Shown here one piece after another: positions 1-13,133 of a stretch of 64,000 nt of DNA. Origin of the DNA: Tubulanus polymorphus (lineage: Eukaryota > Animalia > Nemertea); the NCBI RefSeq assembly GCF_964204645.1, contig NC_134029.1, positions 1,302,001 through 1,366,000 of the forward strand, in the 5' to 3' direction. Position 1 is the first letter of the stretch. Each line of letters starts with the position of its first letter. The notes beneath the pieces are model-generated. The model was not told where the DNA came from and did not search any database. It saw only the letters and a program-made list of their open reading frames with translations. The position numbers and the translations under genes are program-made.

Positions 1-780
1 GATATCTTCTTTTAATCATTGCAGCTAAATTTCAACTATGAGAAAAACCCAGTTTGAGATCAACTACTCGTCCAAAATCGACCAACTGGAACAGGGCACA
101 GATGAGGCCAACTAACTAACCAACTAATAGGATAATTGCTGATAACCAAGCAATCATAAAAGGTAACTTGATATACATGGAATTATTTCGATAAATTCTA
201 AATGAAATAGTTTTCATTACAGGATATCTTCTTTTAATCATTGCAGCTAAATTTCAACTATAAGAAAAAACCCAGCTAAATTCAAACTCGTCCAAAATCG
301 AAAAGCACAGATGAGGCCAACTAGAATCCAACTTATCAACAAACAAACTTAAGATGATCCACGCCGATTATGGACAAAGCAATCATTAAAGGTAACTTGA
401 TATACATGGAATTATTTCGATAAATTCTAAATGAAATATTTTTTTCATTACAGGATATCTTCTTTTAATCATTGCAGCTAAATTTCAACAATGAGAAAAA
501 CCCAGTTTGAGATCAACTACTCGTCCAAAATCGACCAACTGGAACAGGGCACAGATGAGGCCAACTAACTAACAAACTAATAAGATAATCGCTGATAACG
601 ACCCAAGCATAAAAGGTAACTGGATATATGTGGAATTATGTCGATAAATTCTAAATGAATTCAACTATAAGAAAAAACCCAGCTTGAGATCAACTACTCG
701 TCCAAAATCTACAAACTGGAACGGTGCACAGAAAAGATCAGAACTGAACCCAGCAATCTTTAAAGGTAAGTTGATATACA
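1..780 (+). repeat. ~220-230 bp tandem repeat (~3.5 copies), each unit resembling an exon plus a short intron
   Basis: Units start at 1, 223 and 454 (GATATCTTCTTTTAATCATTGCAG...). They contain AAAG|GTAAC donors, and the first two end in TTTTCATTACAG. No long ORF. Confidence 0.8.
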
Positions 781-1560
781 TGAAATTACCTGTATATAGA
801 AATTTCAGTCCTCATATGAACATCATTTCATAAGTGGCTATCATCAAAATCTATTTACCGGTCCACATGGCTGAACTTTTATCTTCACTAGTCTTAAACA
901 GTGATGAACTAGTCCTACTACTGCAATTAATTATTGGGGTTTAAATCAGCAATTGACGTCAATGAATTTTACTTTGTGAAAAACAGGGTGGCTTGTAATT
1001 TTAAATGACATGTAAATTATGATAAATCTGTCTGAAATGTTTTGCTTTCTTCACTAATTTGTTTCAGCCAAACTACATCTCGGAAAAATTGGCCTGAAGA
1101 AGACACTCACAAGTAGATGAATACTGATCGACCCATTTTTAGAAGTTGAGGAGCCAGCAACGGATTAATCACTTAACGATGGATTCTTCTACAATCGGTG
1201 GTTGATTTCTATAAAACATTTTATCAGGAGCAGCAGAGACAAAAGTGTATCTTATAAACATTGATTCGAGCAGCAAAACTAATGGATTATTTCATAAACA
1301 CTGGATTCAGGATAAACATTTTTCTAAAAGCAGCTAAGACAATAGTGTATCTTATCAGGAGCAGCATAAACAATTGTGCATCTTATAAACAGTGAGATCC
1401 AGGAGCAGCGAAGACGATAGTGGACTTCTGAAGTAAAGACAGTATTGATTTTTTTTTACTTACCACCCTTTTTCGAACCAGTATGATGGATAATAAAGCG
1501 TATTTGAGGAAACTATTTTATGATGTGTTATGCAATGTGAGAGTCTAATAAAAGCTAAGC
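1..1560 (+). ncRNA. Probable 3' part of a spliced non-coding transcript (or UTR) convergent with PIBF1
   Basis: Repeated donors (163, 392, ~616, ~766), acceptors (222, 453, TTTGTTTCAG at 1067), AATAAA at ~1492 and ~1547, no ORF of 60 aa or more. Inferred from splice signals only. Confidence 0.35.
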
Positions 1561-2442
1561 TCCATTAATTCACGATATTGGTATTCGATCCTTGGTTAAT
1601 AGACGAGTCAATTTAGGTTAGTGACTAGGGGTAAATGGTCGCGTCGAGCGCCTAGTTTGGACTCGTAGGTCTGTTGAGTTAACTCCTCAACTGAGATATA
1701 GTTTCAACATGATATTGTGAGTTTAATCTTCGTGCTTACCATAGTTAAACAAAGTTAACCTTACGCTTTCCAGAGTGAGTGAATTTGTAGCTTAATGTTT
1801 TTATTTTGAACTGTTTTTAAATAACTCATTTTAGCAGGGTATAATTGTGTAAGAATAAAACGACATACACGTTCGTAGGATCTTCCAGTTTGAATTTGTG
1901 GTTTTTATGTTGGAGACTTTTTTGAACTGAGGGACTTCCTCGAGTACATAAATACCTGTCATTTAGGTATAAATATTGTTGCGGGGATAAAACGACATGT
2001 TCATGTCAATTATTCATAAAACACTGATTTATTCAGGTCCTATCGAATAAAGTTGAGCTTTGACAATTGAGATCTCAATCTCGATGTCATTTGAAAAGTT
2101 GACATGATAGATTCATATTTCATGAAATATAACAAAGTGTCGGTTATATTGACCTCATGAATTGTCAAATTCATAAGCTTAGACTTTCAGACTAGTCCAA
2201 CTTTCGGTGTTTTATGGATCAAAGTTTACAATTGTGTATTTTTATTTTCCTATTGATGCAAATTGTATAAATCAGCTGTAGTGGAAATGTATCGTAGATA
2301 AAGACTTCTAAATACCTTCAAAATCGACCAAGCTTTCAACTTTATGCAGTCGCCATCTATCCACGTTATCGTAACTAATACGTCAATGATCAAAGAAGTC
2401 CCACAATTGGAATTTTATATGAAATAATTTATTTAAACGTAA

Positions 2443-2484
2443 CCACAACGTTTCGGCTAGTGGCTAACGGCCATCATCGGGTGG
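2443..2484 (-). ncRNA. Minimal type I hammerhead ribozyme-like motif (core variant CCGAUGA)
   Basis: Minus strand: CCAC-CCGAUGA-U-GGC...GCC-GAAACGUU-GUGG; stem I CCAC/GUGG. Has a U4C core change and a weak stem II. Confidence 0.55.
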
Positions 2485-3367
2485 AATGAACAGAAAACAA
2501 GTAACGCAGCATATAAACTTACAGGACATAAACGAAAGCGATGTAAACAGCGAGAACGACTGTAAACCGAACAAGTGACAATTTAGTCTAGCACGGTACC
2601 TAGCTGTCGTTCCCCAAACACCTACGGGCTGAGCCGGTCACAACGACTGGTATTCAGACTAAAATGAAAACAACCAGGGGTGTACTGTAGAAACCACAAA
2701 TATTCTATGAACAGTTCACATCGAATACAAATTATGTAACTAAGTGAAGTAGACTGGGGGAGTAGAAGAGGGCGGGATAGATGCAGCGTGACATTTACCA
2801 AAATCTAGTAGAGTTGATATAATTTAATAGATAATAATTGATTTTGTGGAGATGGTAGATATTAAGCTGGATTTCGAAAGTTTACAAATAAGGGCTGATT
2901 AATCCACTATGTGTCTCTTATGGGTGTCTTCACATGGATAAATGAGTTTCGAACTCGGAGTCAAATTCTAAATGCGAAAGTCCATAAAAAGCCCCTCTCA
3001 TAAAAAACGAAGATTTGCAGTCAGTTATATCATTGGAATAAATCCTTTATTCATATCTCTCCCTAGGAGACCAGCTCCTAATGGTTAACAGTACATCTAC
3101 AAACTAAATCTACAATTTTACATCATTTCACTGATATCAATGCGACGTATGTTCATAATAAATGCATAAAATGAAAACACCTCAAATAGGCGTGCTTACT
3201 TTCATTCCTATATAAAATATGATTACATGTATCATCTAAATTTGTAAATGATTGATTAAAAAAAAAGATTCATTTAATTTATTAAAATGGAATGTTACAA
3301 TTCGAATGGCTGATTATAGGTAAATAACGCCAGGGTTTATAAAACGTTTAAAGATAATACAGATTAA

Positions 3368-3460
3368 GCAGACACGGCTGGAGTAGACCGGACCTGCAGA
3401 CACGGCTGGAGTAGACCGGACCTGCAGACACGGCTGGAGTAGACCGGACCTGCAGACACG
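3368..3460. repeat. 28-bp minisatellite (~3.3 copies) in the PIBF1 3' UTR
   Basis: Perfect repeats of GCAGACACGGCTGGAGTAGACCGGACCT just downstream of the stop codon. Confidence 0.9.
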
Positions 3461-3475
3461 AAAGTCCATCATAGC

Positions 3476-6400
3476 TCATGAATGACTGATACCGTACGCA
3501 CTGCTATATTTGCCTGTTGTCGCTCCCCTCCCCTGCTTCAGTTTCTCAAACCACTTCGGATTTTCCTGATTCGTCTGAAATGAGAATAACGCGATATCAA
3601 TTCATCACATTACAGGATAAACCTGCATTTCACGTCGCGTGATGACGATCGATCAATGCTCTGACAGCCCTGGCGAGCGTACAGACGAGAACGCACCACA
3701 GATTAGACTTACAAATAATGTCGCTCCTGGCTTATGAACATTTTCATCTTGAAACGTGGTATGTTTTTTGGTAGATCTCGCTGATCTCGGTGTAGTGGAT
3801 TTAGAATGCGGTGAACTACCGCTCAACTGCTGTTGACTCATATTCAATACAACTTGTTTCATTACAGCCATTTCCTGAAATAATACGTCAGTTACAACAG
3901 ACTGGGTAGACTGAGCAGCCCTGAACCACTCCTGCAGCTCTTCAGACATTCACCAATGTAGTATTTAAGCGTGGACGATCAGTTTTTTAGCCGATAAGTC
4001 TAGTGTTTAGTTGATACCTGTTTTTGATTTAGCAATCTCTCCAGATCAGCTGCCATCGTGTTACGCATTTTTGTCAGTTCCGATTTATCTTTTTCTAAAC
4101 GTCTATAAAAACCAGAAACAAACGTCGATCAGAAAGTAGTCCTTTCAAACATTTCATAAAATTGAAATAGAGACAGATATTTTACTCGATATCTTCAGTC
4201 ATCGTGTGAATTTGATCTTTCTGCGTCTTCATTTGTTGATCTCTCAATCTGATGCTGTCTATCAGGTAATTATACGGCTGTTGAGCGTTGTCCAGAATGT
4301 TATTCGTGTTCTTCAACTGAAGCAGATAAAATCACAAATATTGATAAGCAGCAGAAAGGACTGAAGGCTTATATAGAAGTATATCGTACGAATTACACGT
4401 TTTCGCGAACCTCTTCGGCGAGTTGTTGAACTTTAGCTTTCTCACGATCTATCTCTTTCTGTAATGATGAATTAGCTCTTTCCAGTTGTAGAACTCTACG
4501 CGCTAACTGAACGCTAAAATAACCAAACACACAATTATTTAAGTAAAAACACCAAGTAAAATGTTTCAGAAATGAGTGAATTCAGGCCGCGACCGGTTCC
4601 TTAATCTACCTTTGTTTCAGTCTTCGTTTAGTCGTACTGGGAACATTAGCTCCATAGCCGTAAGAAAACAGAACTCTTTCAGCTTCTTGTTCATTTTCAA
4701 CTGAAAAATACAGCAGCATTTTAATCAAAAATTAGCACAATTCACCGATTCTTCTATCACAGCGAAACAGCAAATTTACTTTCAGCCGATTGCATGACGA
4801 CATCATCCAGTTCCTGTTCTAATTTCTCATAAGTATCGAGCTTCGAAGATTTTTCCGAGAGTTGAGATTCTAAATCGGTGATTTTACGTTCGGTAGTAGT
4901 TTGTAGCGCGTAATACTCTTTAGTCAGAGCCTACAGTAAAAACATTCGATATTAAATCACTTCAAAGGACCCAGTTCCGAAGTTAGTGGTTAAATTTGAC
5001 TCACAGCCTCTCAACTCAGCCTTAGAGTCAAATTAAACCCAAAAAGTCAGCGTCACTGGTTCCTGTCTGTGGAACTTGAATCAAATCGCTACAAACCTCA
5101 GTTTTTTTCTGCAATTTCTCGTTTTCGATTTGACATTCTTTCAGATGTTTCACGGTTTCCTCGTAAACCATCTGCGTGCGTTCCAACTCAAACGATTTGA
5201 TTTTCAAATCATTTTGAACCTCGGATAATTTGTTGTCTCCGCTGATTTGCAGTTGACGGAAACTATACGAAATAAATCAGAAATATAATCGATACTTATA
5301 AACTTTAAAATCAGAATTCTAGACACACGGGACGGAATTACAATTCTACACTCACTCTGACATCAACTGTTCGTATTTATTCGACGCTTCTTTCTCAGAC
5401 ATTTGAGCGCGATCTTTTTCGGACGTGGCTAAATCTCGCGCTTCTCTAAGATTCCTAACAATCACAACAACAACAAGGAATACAACCGATTAAATCAACA
5501 ATAGTATAATTGAAACGATAAAATTCTCAGACGAAAAATCATAACTAGATTAGGAAACAGTACGTTTTTCATTTTTGTCAAAATTAAGATTTTAAATTTG
5601 AAACTGCATGTAGAGAGAATCCCACAATGACAAGGAAAAAGTCCGAAAATGTAACTTTGGGATAGTAGTTTATTCAACGTTTCGACTATATCGTAATAGT
5701 CATCTTCAGGAATACTGTATTCCTTGAGCTAGTGTAGTTTATTCAACGTTTCGACTATATCCTAATAGTCATCTTCAGGAATAATGAGATACAACAAAAT
5801 TTATGAGATATATATATATACAATCCATAGACAAAGAGACTAATTCAAGTAATCAGAGATGATATCACTCCTGAAGGAACTTGACTTTACTTTTGGCAGT
5901 CCTGGATTTGATATAGCATTTCTCATAATTTCGGAAGCTGGCGATGAGGTACCCAATGTGAAGAAGAAGAATTTGAAACTGCATACTACAGTATGGACGT
6001 TACTGTGTAGTGTTTGTTGTAGGGGAAGTAGAAGGTTTATAGTTTATACCTGTTTTCTCTTTCATACATCTCTCTTGTACTCGTTTTCAAACGATCGATT
6101 TCGTTTTCAGTTCGAACGCGAATCGTATTCAATTCTTCTTGTAATTTAATCTCGTATTCAGATTTATATTGTTCCCTACAAAATCGAAATAAACTCGAGT
6201 CAATTTAAAACACGTATCGAAATCTCTTAGAGCGCCGTGAAGATTCGTGGTTTCTATTCCTCGATGCAGGGCGAGACAAATGAAGAACCATTAACCATGA
6301 AACTGTGCCGCCACGAGGATCCATCAAAACATAGATTAATGAGACCTGGGGATCATTCATTTAATACGTACGCATAAAATTTGAATTTTTCAATCCCCCT

Positions 6401-8925
6401 CTTTACGCAAAATCGGCCATTTTTTCATATGCATTAAGCATTACAGTACGCAATTGCACTGAACCCTCCCACCTCCCCTAATGCGTACGTAATAAATGAA
6501 TGACCCCTGACCAGTACTCAGTGAGGACACGATGATTTTGTACCTCGAGCTGACGTATCTTTCATACATTTCTTCGCGTGCCTTCTTCGCCAGATCGATC
6601 TCAGACGTCAGTGTTTGTATGCGATCGTCGCCGTACATCACGCGGTTCTGTAGTTCGTTTACTTGTTTCGATAAATAATCTTTATCCTGAGTAATCATCG
6701 CTAACGAATGTTTTAAACTCGTTATCTGTAAACAAAAACAACAAATATTTGAATACATTAAAATCATTCATAATGTTCCACAGTTCTCGCTGTGTTCTTA
6801 CAGACCCGGGAATCTAAGATTCCCTAAAATATCCCAGACTTTTGTCCAAAAACATCCTGATTAAATTATAATATATCCTCACTGAGGGCTGTTTCTTATC
6901 AAGAGTATCCTTGTGTCACTCGTCACCAGCAACAACAAGTCATCAAATTCTCTAATATTTCCTCCAGGGAAACTCCAGAATTCCCTGATCTGTAAGATTC
7001 CATATTAAGTTTGACAATTAGATTCCTGCTGTTATTGTTCTATACCTCTTTGTATTGTTCGTCTCTTTCTTTAACCGCAGTTTGATAGGAAGCGTCTAGG
7101 AACGCGTGGTTCTGTTTCAACGTAACCAGATCTTGTTCGTACGTGTCTCGATCTCTATCGAAAATATATCAATATTTCATTATGAAATAGCTGAATTGAA
7201 ACGTAGGGGTTAAAACTCCGGAACTCTAGAGGTTGATGCGAGATAGAAACAAACAGCTCCTGGCTCCAGTTTTGTAGGCGTTCAGGCTTTACTTACTGTT
7301 TCACCTGGTCGTAATTCTCAATTCTAAAATCCCCGTATTGAACTTGGGATTTCGTATCGGCGAGTTCGAGCGTTAATTTCTGATGTTCAGTTTGAAGTTC
7401 TGAGTAGAGTTTTCGTTCCTGGTGTAAATTCTACAAAACGTTGAAGAATTAAAGGTTAGATTTAACAACATCTATGATTTAGATTGGTTAGGTTTGAATA
7501 CAACTGACCTGATGACACGTATCCAAATCATCGGTTGTTTTCTTTAAATCATCGGCTAATAAATCGCAATGATTCTTTATGGTTTCACTGAGCGTCTTTA
7601 AAGGATTCACTTTTTCAAATATTTTCATCTAGACAAAGAAAAATATCGCATTCGAGTTAAAGAATCCGTTAACATTCATTCTAAATAACTTAAAAAGTTA
7701 AAAGTGTTTGAACTCATTTTGACCGTAGAGTAACTTTAACTTTTAGAAAACAAGTTCATCGTCGAATGCTTGAACTCGCTGATAATTGAAAGTGAACTGA
7801 TGTAATGAACGCCGGGGATTTAGATTATAAATTTACCGATACGAATTGTTTCAGCGATATTTCAGTTTCGTCCTGTAATTTCAACTCGTCGTATTCCGAT
7901 TCAGCGATCATCAGATCTCCGCGTAGAGTACGTCGGACGTTTCCCGCTCGTTCCGACAGTTTCTCGTTGGCGTCTTCGAGCGATCTCTGACGATCCATGA
8001 TCGATTCCATCTCGCGTCGGATCTGATCCTGTCTGTGTTTAGACTCGTCCTGAGTGATCTTCAATTGAGCCTCGAGTCGCGCTTGTAGAATCTGTTTTTG
8101 ATGTACAACGTCGGCTAACTGCTCCTGTTACAAATACAATAATAACAACAACAACATAGTCAGTGCTAGTCTCATGAATTATCTCAGCCCAACAGATCAG
8201 TTATTCTTTGATGTAAGGAGTTTTAAGGAGAATTTTTCATATCTCAAGGAAGCGTCTGCATCACCTTCATATCCCAGTTACAACGGACTCCTAAATCGCT
8301 ACAGTTTATCTCGGTAAACCATTAATTCAGTGGTTTTGTTAGCAAGTTTTTATCCTTAACACTATCTAAACTCAAGTTCGGTTAGTAATTTGGTAACCTC
8401 CTAATTGGGTAAAAAAATCCTGGTTCTGCCAGTAACGTTACTGATCTACCTAGGCGAAGCCTATTAGCTTCATTAGTAACTGCCTATTTCTGAAAATTTA
8501 AGGAGTTTCCAGCATTCTTAAAAGAATTTTCTGTTTAGAAGAAGTTGTAGGGATCCAGCAGCAGGTTTCACCTCTGGTTAGTATTTGACTCGGGTCATCC
8601 TTCAACCACCGACCGAGATGACACAATTTATTTTTACCTCCAATTCTTCCATTTTCTGCATGTGTTCAGCCTTCATATTATCGATTACCAGCGTTTTCTG
8701 AGACAATTCAATCTTTAACAGCTGTAAATCGTGAGAAAGTTGTTTCTTTTCGAGGAGTTGTTTAGTAATTCGACTCTTACGATCTCTCCTCCTGGCTCCG
8801 GGATCGCTGGTTTCATCGGGTGACAGTGTGAAATCAGTGATCGGTTCACTCGTCTCTAAACCCGTTAAATCGCCTTCAGTTTCAAACTCTGTAAATGTTT
8901 TCGTGATTTCACCGCCTTCAGCCAT
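3476..8925 (-). CDS. PIBF1: Progesterone-induced blocking factor 1 / CEP90 (centriolar coiled-coil protein), 16 coding exons, ~777 aa
   Basis: Exons in transcript order, all GT-AG and phase-compatible: 8638-8925, 7837-8124, 7509-7628, 7297-7430, 7046-7154, 6544-6725, 6050-6175, 5356-5454, 5097-5262, 4780-4930, 4610-4700, 4411-4513, 4186-4316, 4018-4102, 3713-3874, 3476-3574 (TGA); total 2334 nt. The translation carries motifs I recognise from human PIBF1: [105 protein letters not shown]. Confidence 0.95.
5671..5714 (-). ncRNA. Minimal type I hammerhead ribozyme
   Basis: UAUUC-CUGAAGA-U-GACUAU(UACGAU)AUAGUC-GAAACGUU-GAAUA: intact core, 5-bp stem I, 6-bp stem II, palindromic ACGU in place of helix III. 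Confidence 0.85.
5739..5784 (-). ncRNA. Minimal type I hammerhead ribozyme (tandem partner)
   Basis: UUAUUC-CUGAAGA-U-GACUAU(UAGGAU)AUAGUC-GAAACGUU-GAAUAA; offset 69 nt from the previous copy. Confidence 0.85.
6349..6507. mobile_element. MITE with ~26-bp TIRs (PIF/Harbinger-like)
   Basis: GGGATCATTCATTTAATACGTACGCA ... TGCGTACGTAATAAATGAATGACCCC; closely related copy at 40553-40708. Confidence 0.8.
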
Positions 8926-9564
8926 GTTTTACAGATTCTAGCTTGCTTAAAATGGGTTAAAAATTATTGAAATCCGCGGAAAATAAAAGTAAAAAAGATG
9001 TTTGAATTTGGCACAGCGTCCAGTTGTAAATTGAGCGTACGCTTCTGTCGCCAGGCGCACTATTTAGCAAACAAAACCAATGAAACGAATATACAGACAA
9101 CGCGGTATCGGATGACGGTGCCGGACTGGCATCGGGACTCACCACGTTCCGAATTACGAAACGGAGTCTACATACATAATCGCGATTCAGCGTCCTCAAA
9201 TTAAAAGAAAATCTCTATATACATGTTACACAAATGCCAGCTGCTGGTAGAAGTTCGGCACATAAGTGTGGTGACCATCTTTTTGGTGTCGTTTCATCTC
9301 GCGGCCGCTTCTGAGTACTATGAATTATTCACTAAACGTGCTTTATCGAAAAAAGAAAAAAGAACAAATCATTCGAAAATAATCACATTAAATTTTTTCA
9401 GCTTTCCAAATGAATCAAAAGTAGCATAATTGTTTCGGATTCGTTGGATCGGGTAGTTGTATTTAAACAATGAGAAATGGTTTTTGTTATTTCCTGACGA
9501 GTGGCACTTCTATTGCTTAATGAATATTATAACATCATCAGCAGCAACAAAAAGCGGTTTTTTT

Positions 9565-9892
9565 CTCACTCACTCTCTCTCTCTATCTATCTCGGTCTCT
9601 CTCCTCTTGCTCTCTCTCTCTCTCTCTCTCCCTCTCTTCGGGTCGATAGCGCGTCAGTAAATCTATACATAACGCTACTGCTCGAGCGAGCGAGCGAGCG
9701 AGCGAGCGAAAAACATGCTGAGAATTACAGAGAACCACTGACGAAAAATTACATATTCTCTGTTCTTTAGAACACCGTTCACTGCGTCTAGAAAATCGTC
9801 GTCTAAGAATATGTTTGTCATCTCAATATGCACTGTTGCTGCTGATTTGTATTTATCCACACGTGGATTACGACTGTCGTAGATTTCAAATC
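9565..9892 (+). promoter_or_regulatory. Candidate promoter and non-coding first exon of nAChR paralog 1
   Basis: (CT)n tract, Initiator-like TCAGT at 9654, (GAGC)n, strong donor C|GTAAGT at 9892/9893. The ATG exon at 13123 has its own acceptor, so an upstream exon is needed. Confidence 0.4.
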
Positions 9893-12800
9893 GTAAGTAA
9901 AAAGTGAGTTCCACGTCACGTCTTTATGAGATTTTCTTGTTTGATTTGTGTGTGGACGATCGTGTTTAATTGCTCAATCTAACGACGTTTCTTTGCTGAT
10001 GAGATGTTAAGAAGTTAGGGGGAGGGGGAACATATTGCATTGCTCAATCCAGCGCAACTTTTCTTTAGTCAATAAAAACTCGACAAGATTGCCGATGCTA
10101 TCTTGCTATCTTCCATATGAAAGATCACTTTTCACATATAGAGTATTACAATTATATAGAAAACTGATCTTTAAACATCGCTTCATTGAAATTATCTACT
10201 TTTCATCAAGTACAAAATCCCATAGATTCATATGTTAGTGAATATTTCGTCTTCATACTTTCATACTGGATGTTGTGGAATGTTATAATTTTTCATCTGA
10301 CACAGGAACCGTGTTTAAGCTAAAACATTTTCATTGTTCACTCTTTCAATCTTTCATTCCTAACCGCACTTTCCTGATTACTGTAAGATTGCGGACCAAG
10401 TTCAGTGAGAATTACAGAATTAACTCCACGTTTCAGCTTTACACGAAAACTATACGCGAGGGAAACATAAACAGCTCTTATACAAATATTACCCGAGACT
10501 GTATGATATAACAACTGTATATGTTTGAACACGAGAGCTTAATGAGAACATGGTCTACCGTGATCAAACGTAATTCTCATTTTATAAAACGTGGCGTAAC
10601 TCGGAGGGATGTAGGAGAAACAGACCTGTTAGGGTAACTGTGTGTCCTCTAGGCACGAGGACGTGATGCTCACTCGGGTAATGCGAACATTAGATAAAAT
10701 ATCCCTAAAGACCGCATTGCTGATTACTCGCATTCGCGGCAATAAACTGAGACCAACGATAATACGTTCTAACTACGAAATGGTCACCGAAGATACATCA
10801 TTAACCATCTCTTCCTTCATGTCGAAGATTTATTTCTTCTTTTGTGCAGCCTCGTAACACTGGACCTCCTCCAGCCGCGAGGAATAGACAGTAATTTAGT
10901 ATGCACCATTATCGGGACGTGTCCGTCGCCGCCCGGCCGGCGGTATTGCTGTTCTTCGATGTGTACATGCCACCCGCCGATCGTTAATATGAACTAGGAA
11001 ATGATAGATTGAATGCGGTGAAGATGAAATGAATAAAAGATATGTTTGATTGAAGAAATATAGATAAAGCCTTGAGCTTATGTTCTATCAGATTTTTCAC
11101 TGATCGAATTTCAAATTACAAGAGAAAGTGCTGAATCCGAATGATTAAAGCTCGAAGCTCGAATGCGATCCGGATTCAAGGATGTTTAGATCGAATAAGC
11201 CGCGGCGATTTTTAAATCGAATCTTTGATGGAGAGAACTGACGTGTTGTGCGAAAAGCGCTCTCTGATTGGCGAATAAGAAAAAATTCACCATTACAAGG
11301 AAAACCTAATGACGTTTAGACGTCTATCCATTTTGAAAAGGTTTTAAAAATAGCTCATAGAATAGAGTATAATTTTATCACGTGAAGCACGGCGACCGTT
11401 TCATCCAGAAATGCTTTTTAAAAACTTGTATTTGTCAGCAACAACCAAATTCAGTTGCTGCAGCATGCTTGAACTATCTTTAAATTGTTTCGATTTAAAT
11501 TCTTGCAGATCTAAATATTTTCCGTTTTTTAAAGCAGTCATATTTCGCATTGGTTTTGTAATTATACTCGGAGTTGAATGTGTAATATTAAGGGTGTCAG
11601 CTGCCAGTGCCTTGAATATCTACGTTCTATGTGTGAACAGGTGCACGAGACTGAATCAATTTCAGAGTATCCTGATTTCATCATTCATCATATACATCAG
11701 TTATATATAGACGTATAGAAAATATGCGCAAAAATCCAGTACATATCGGATACATATTTGTATTATTCGGGAATATGAGAGGTCAAAATCTTTGATTCGT
11801 TTTCTTCGTCTGGTATATGAACATACGTTATTGTATATACATCGATGGAAAGGTAAGATATATCGGTTTCTATAGAATCATGACACTGAATCTAAAGCGA
11901 TGATCAACCGTAAAATAGGTAAAAGGTTTAAATGAATTCGGTGAAATTCACGGCATATTCAACTTGTCGCTCCGGCCGCAGACTTGATCAAAGAGTCTCC
12001 CGGCGTAGAGCTGTTTCAATGTGTGTGTCGTGTGTTAGTAAATACCATATGTGGCAGTACCGGTCCTGTTGTCCACGACCGCTCACAACAATCACGTTGT
12101 GTGCTATAAATGTATATAATACAGACATACACACCTCAGGAATATTAAAACCTTACATATGGATATCGTGTAACGTAGATTTCAGTGATTTAGTAAGTAC
12201 TGTTTTTGTATACTATGTTTGAGATTTAGGAAGTTCGTGTAAAAATGCAGTTGAGATTGAGTTGATTAAACCATTAATAAAACATTACCCGTGTTACGAC
12301 GTGCTTTATTCTATTAGTCGTCTTCAAAACGTTGAATAAATACCGGGCCAAAGCTAACATTTTCGGACTTTATATCATTTTTCGTCATTATTGCGGGATT
12401 CTCCATAGATTATTGATTGAGTCTTCAAACAAATAGATCTGCAATTTGAATACATAACATCTAAACATTAATAACCCGCAGCCAGGGCTCGTTATAAATG
12501 GAAATTGGTCCACAGTTCTGAGTAAGAATTCAACTTATTGAACAAATGAAGTATTTTTGACTCTGAACTGGATCCTGGGACTCAAGATTAGGCCTCTATC
12601 CCCTATCCTACGAACCTCTTATAAACATGAAGTGGTTCCCAGAATTATGGGCGCGGGGGAAGAGATTTGATCGTTGACCCTAGCGTTATGTTACAAGCCT
12701 CAGCGACATGTAGACATAATGATAGTGATATGATCTCGCAGCTTCAGCTCGGATCATATTCGCTGTAACTATGTATAATATAATGTCTACTGCCGGCGAC

Positions 12801-13133
12801 ATCAACGATTCACTCATCTTCAGATACAGTTCTTCATCATCCAAAAAAATATCATTGCTGTCTCTCCTCCTTATCATCGCACGCATCTTATCATCGTTTT
12901 CTATCTCTATCTCTCGTCACCCGTAACGGTCCAGCGCATATGATGAAACTGTGTGAATTCAAGCTCTACAGAAATCATCGAATTCTATCTCGCTACCTCA
13001 CGGAGGCGATAAAACCGATTCTTTTTGCTCATTCGACTATGAACTGTAAATAGATTCGTTGTGTTGATATATTCAGTACGCGGTTTCTCCTGTAAATATC
13101 GTTGTTGCTGTTGTTTTTTTAGAGATATAAGAG

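Larger units (their letters stand above)
5595..5984 (-). mobile_element. Non-autonomous Penelope/retrozyme-like insertion carrying two hammerheads
   Basis: Bounded by the 15-bp direct repeat AATTTGAAACTGCAT (5595-5609, 5970-5984). Contains two hammerhead motifs. Its flank (AAGTCCGAAAA) recurs at ~12360 (inverted), ~22635 and, weakly, ~34550. Confidence 0.6.

Noticed and set aside
901-1035. Possible C/D-box snoRNA (GTGATGA ... CTGA)
   Set aside because: No terminal stem or recognisable antisense guide; the short motifs are expected by chance.
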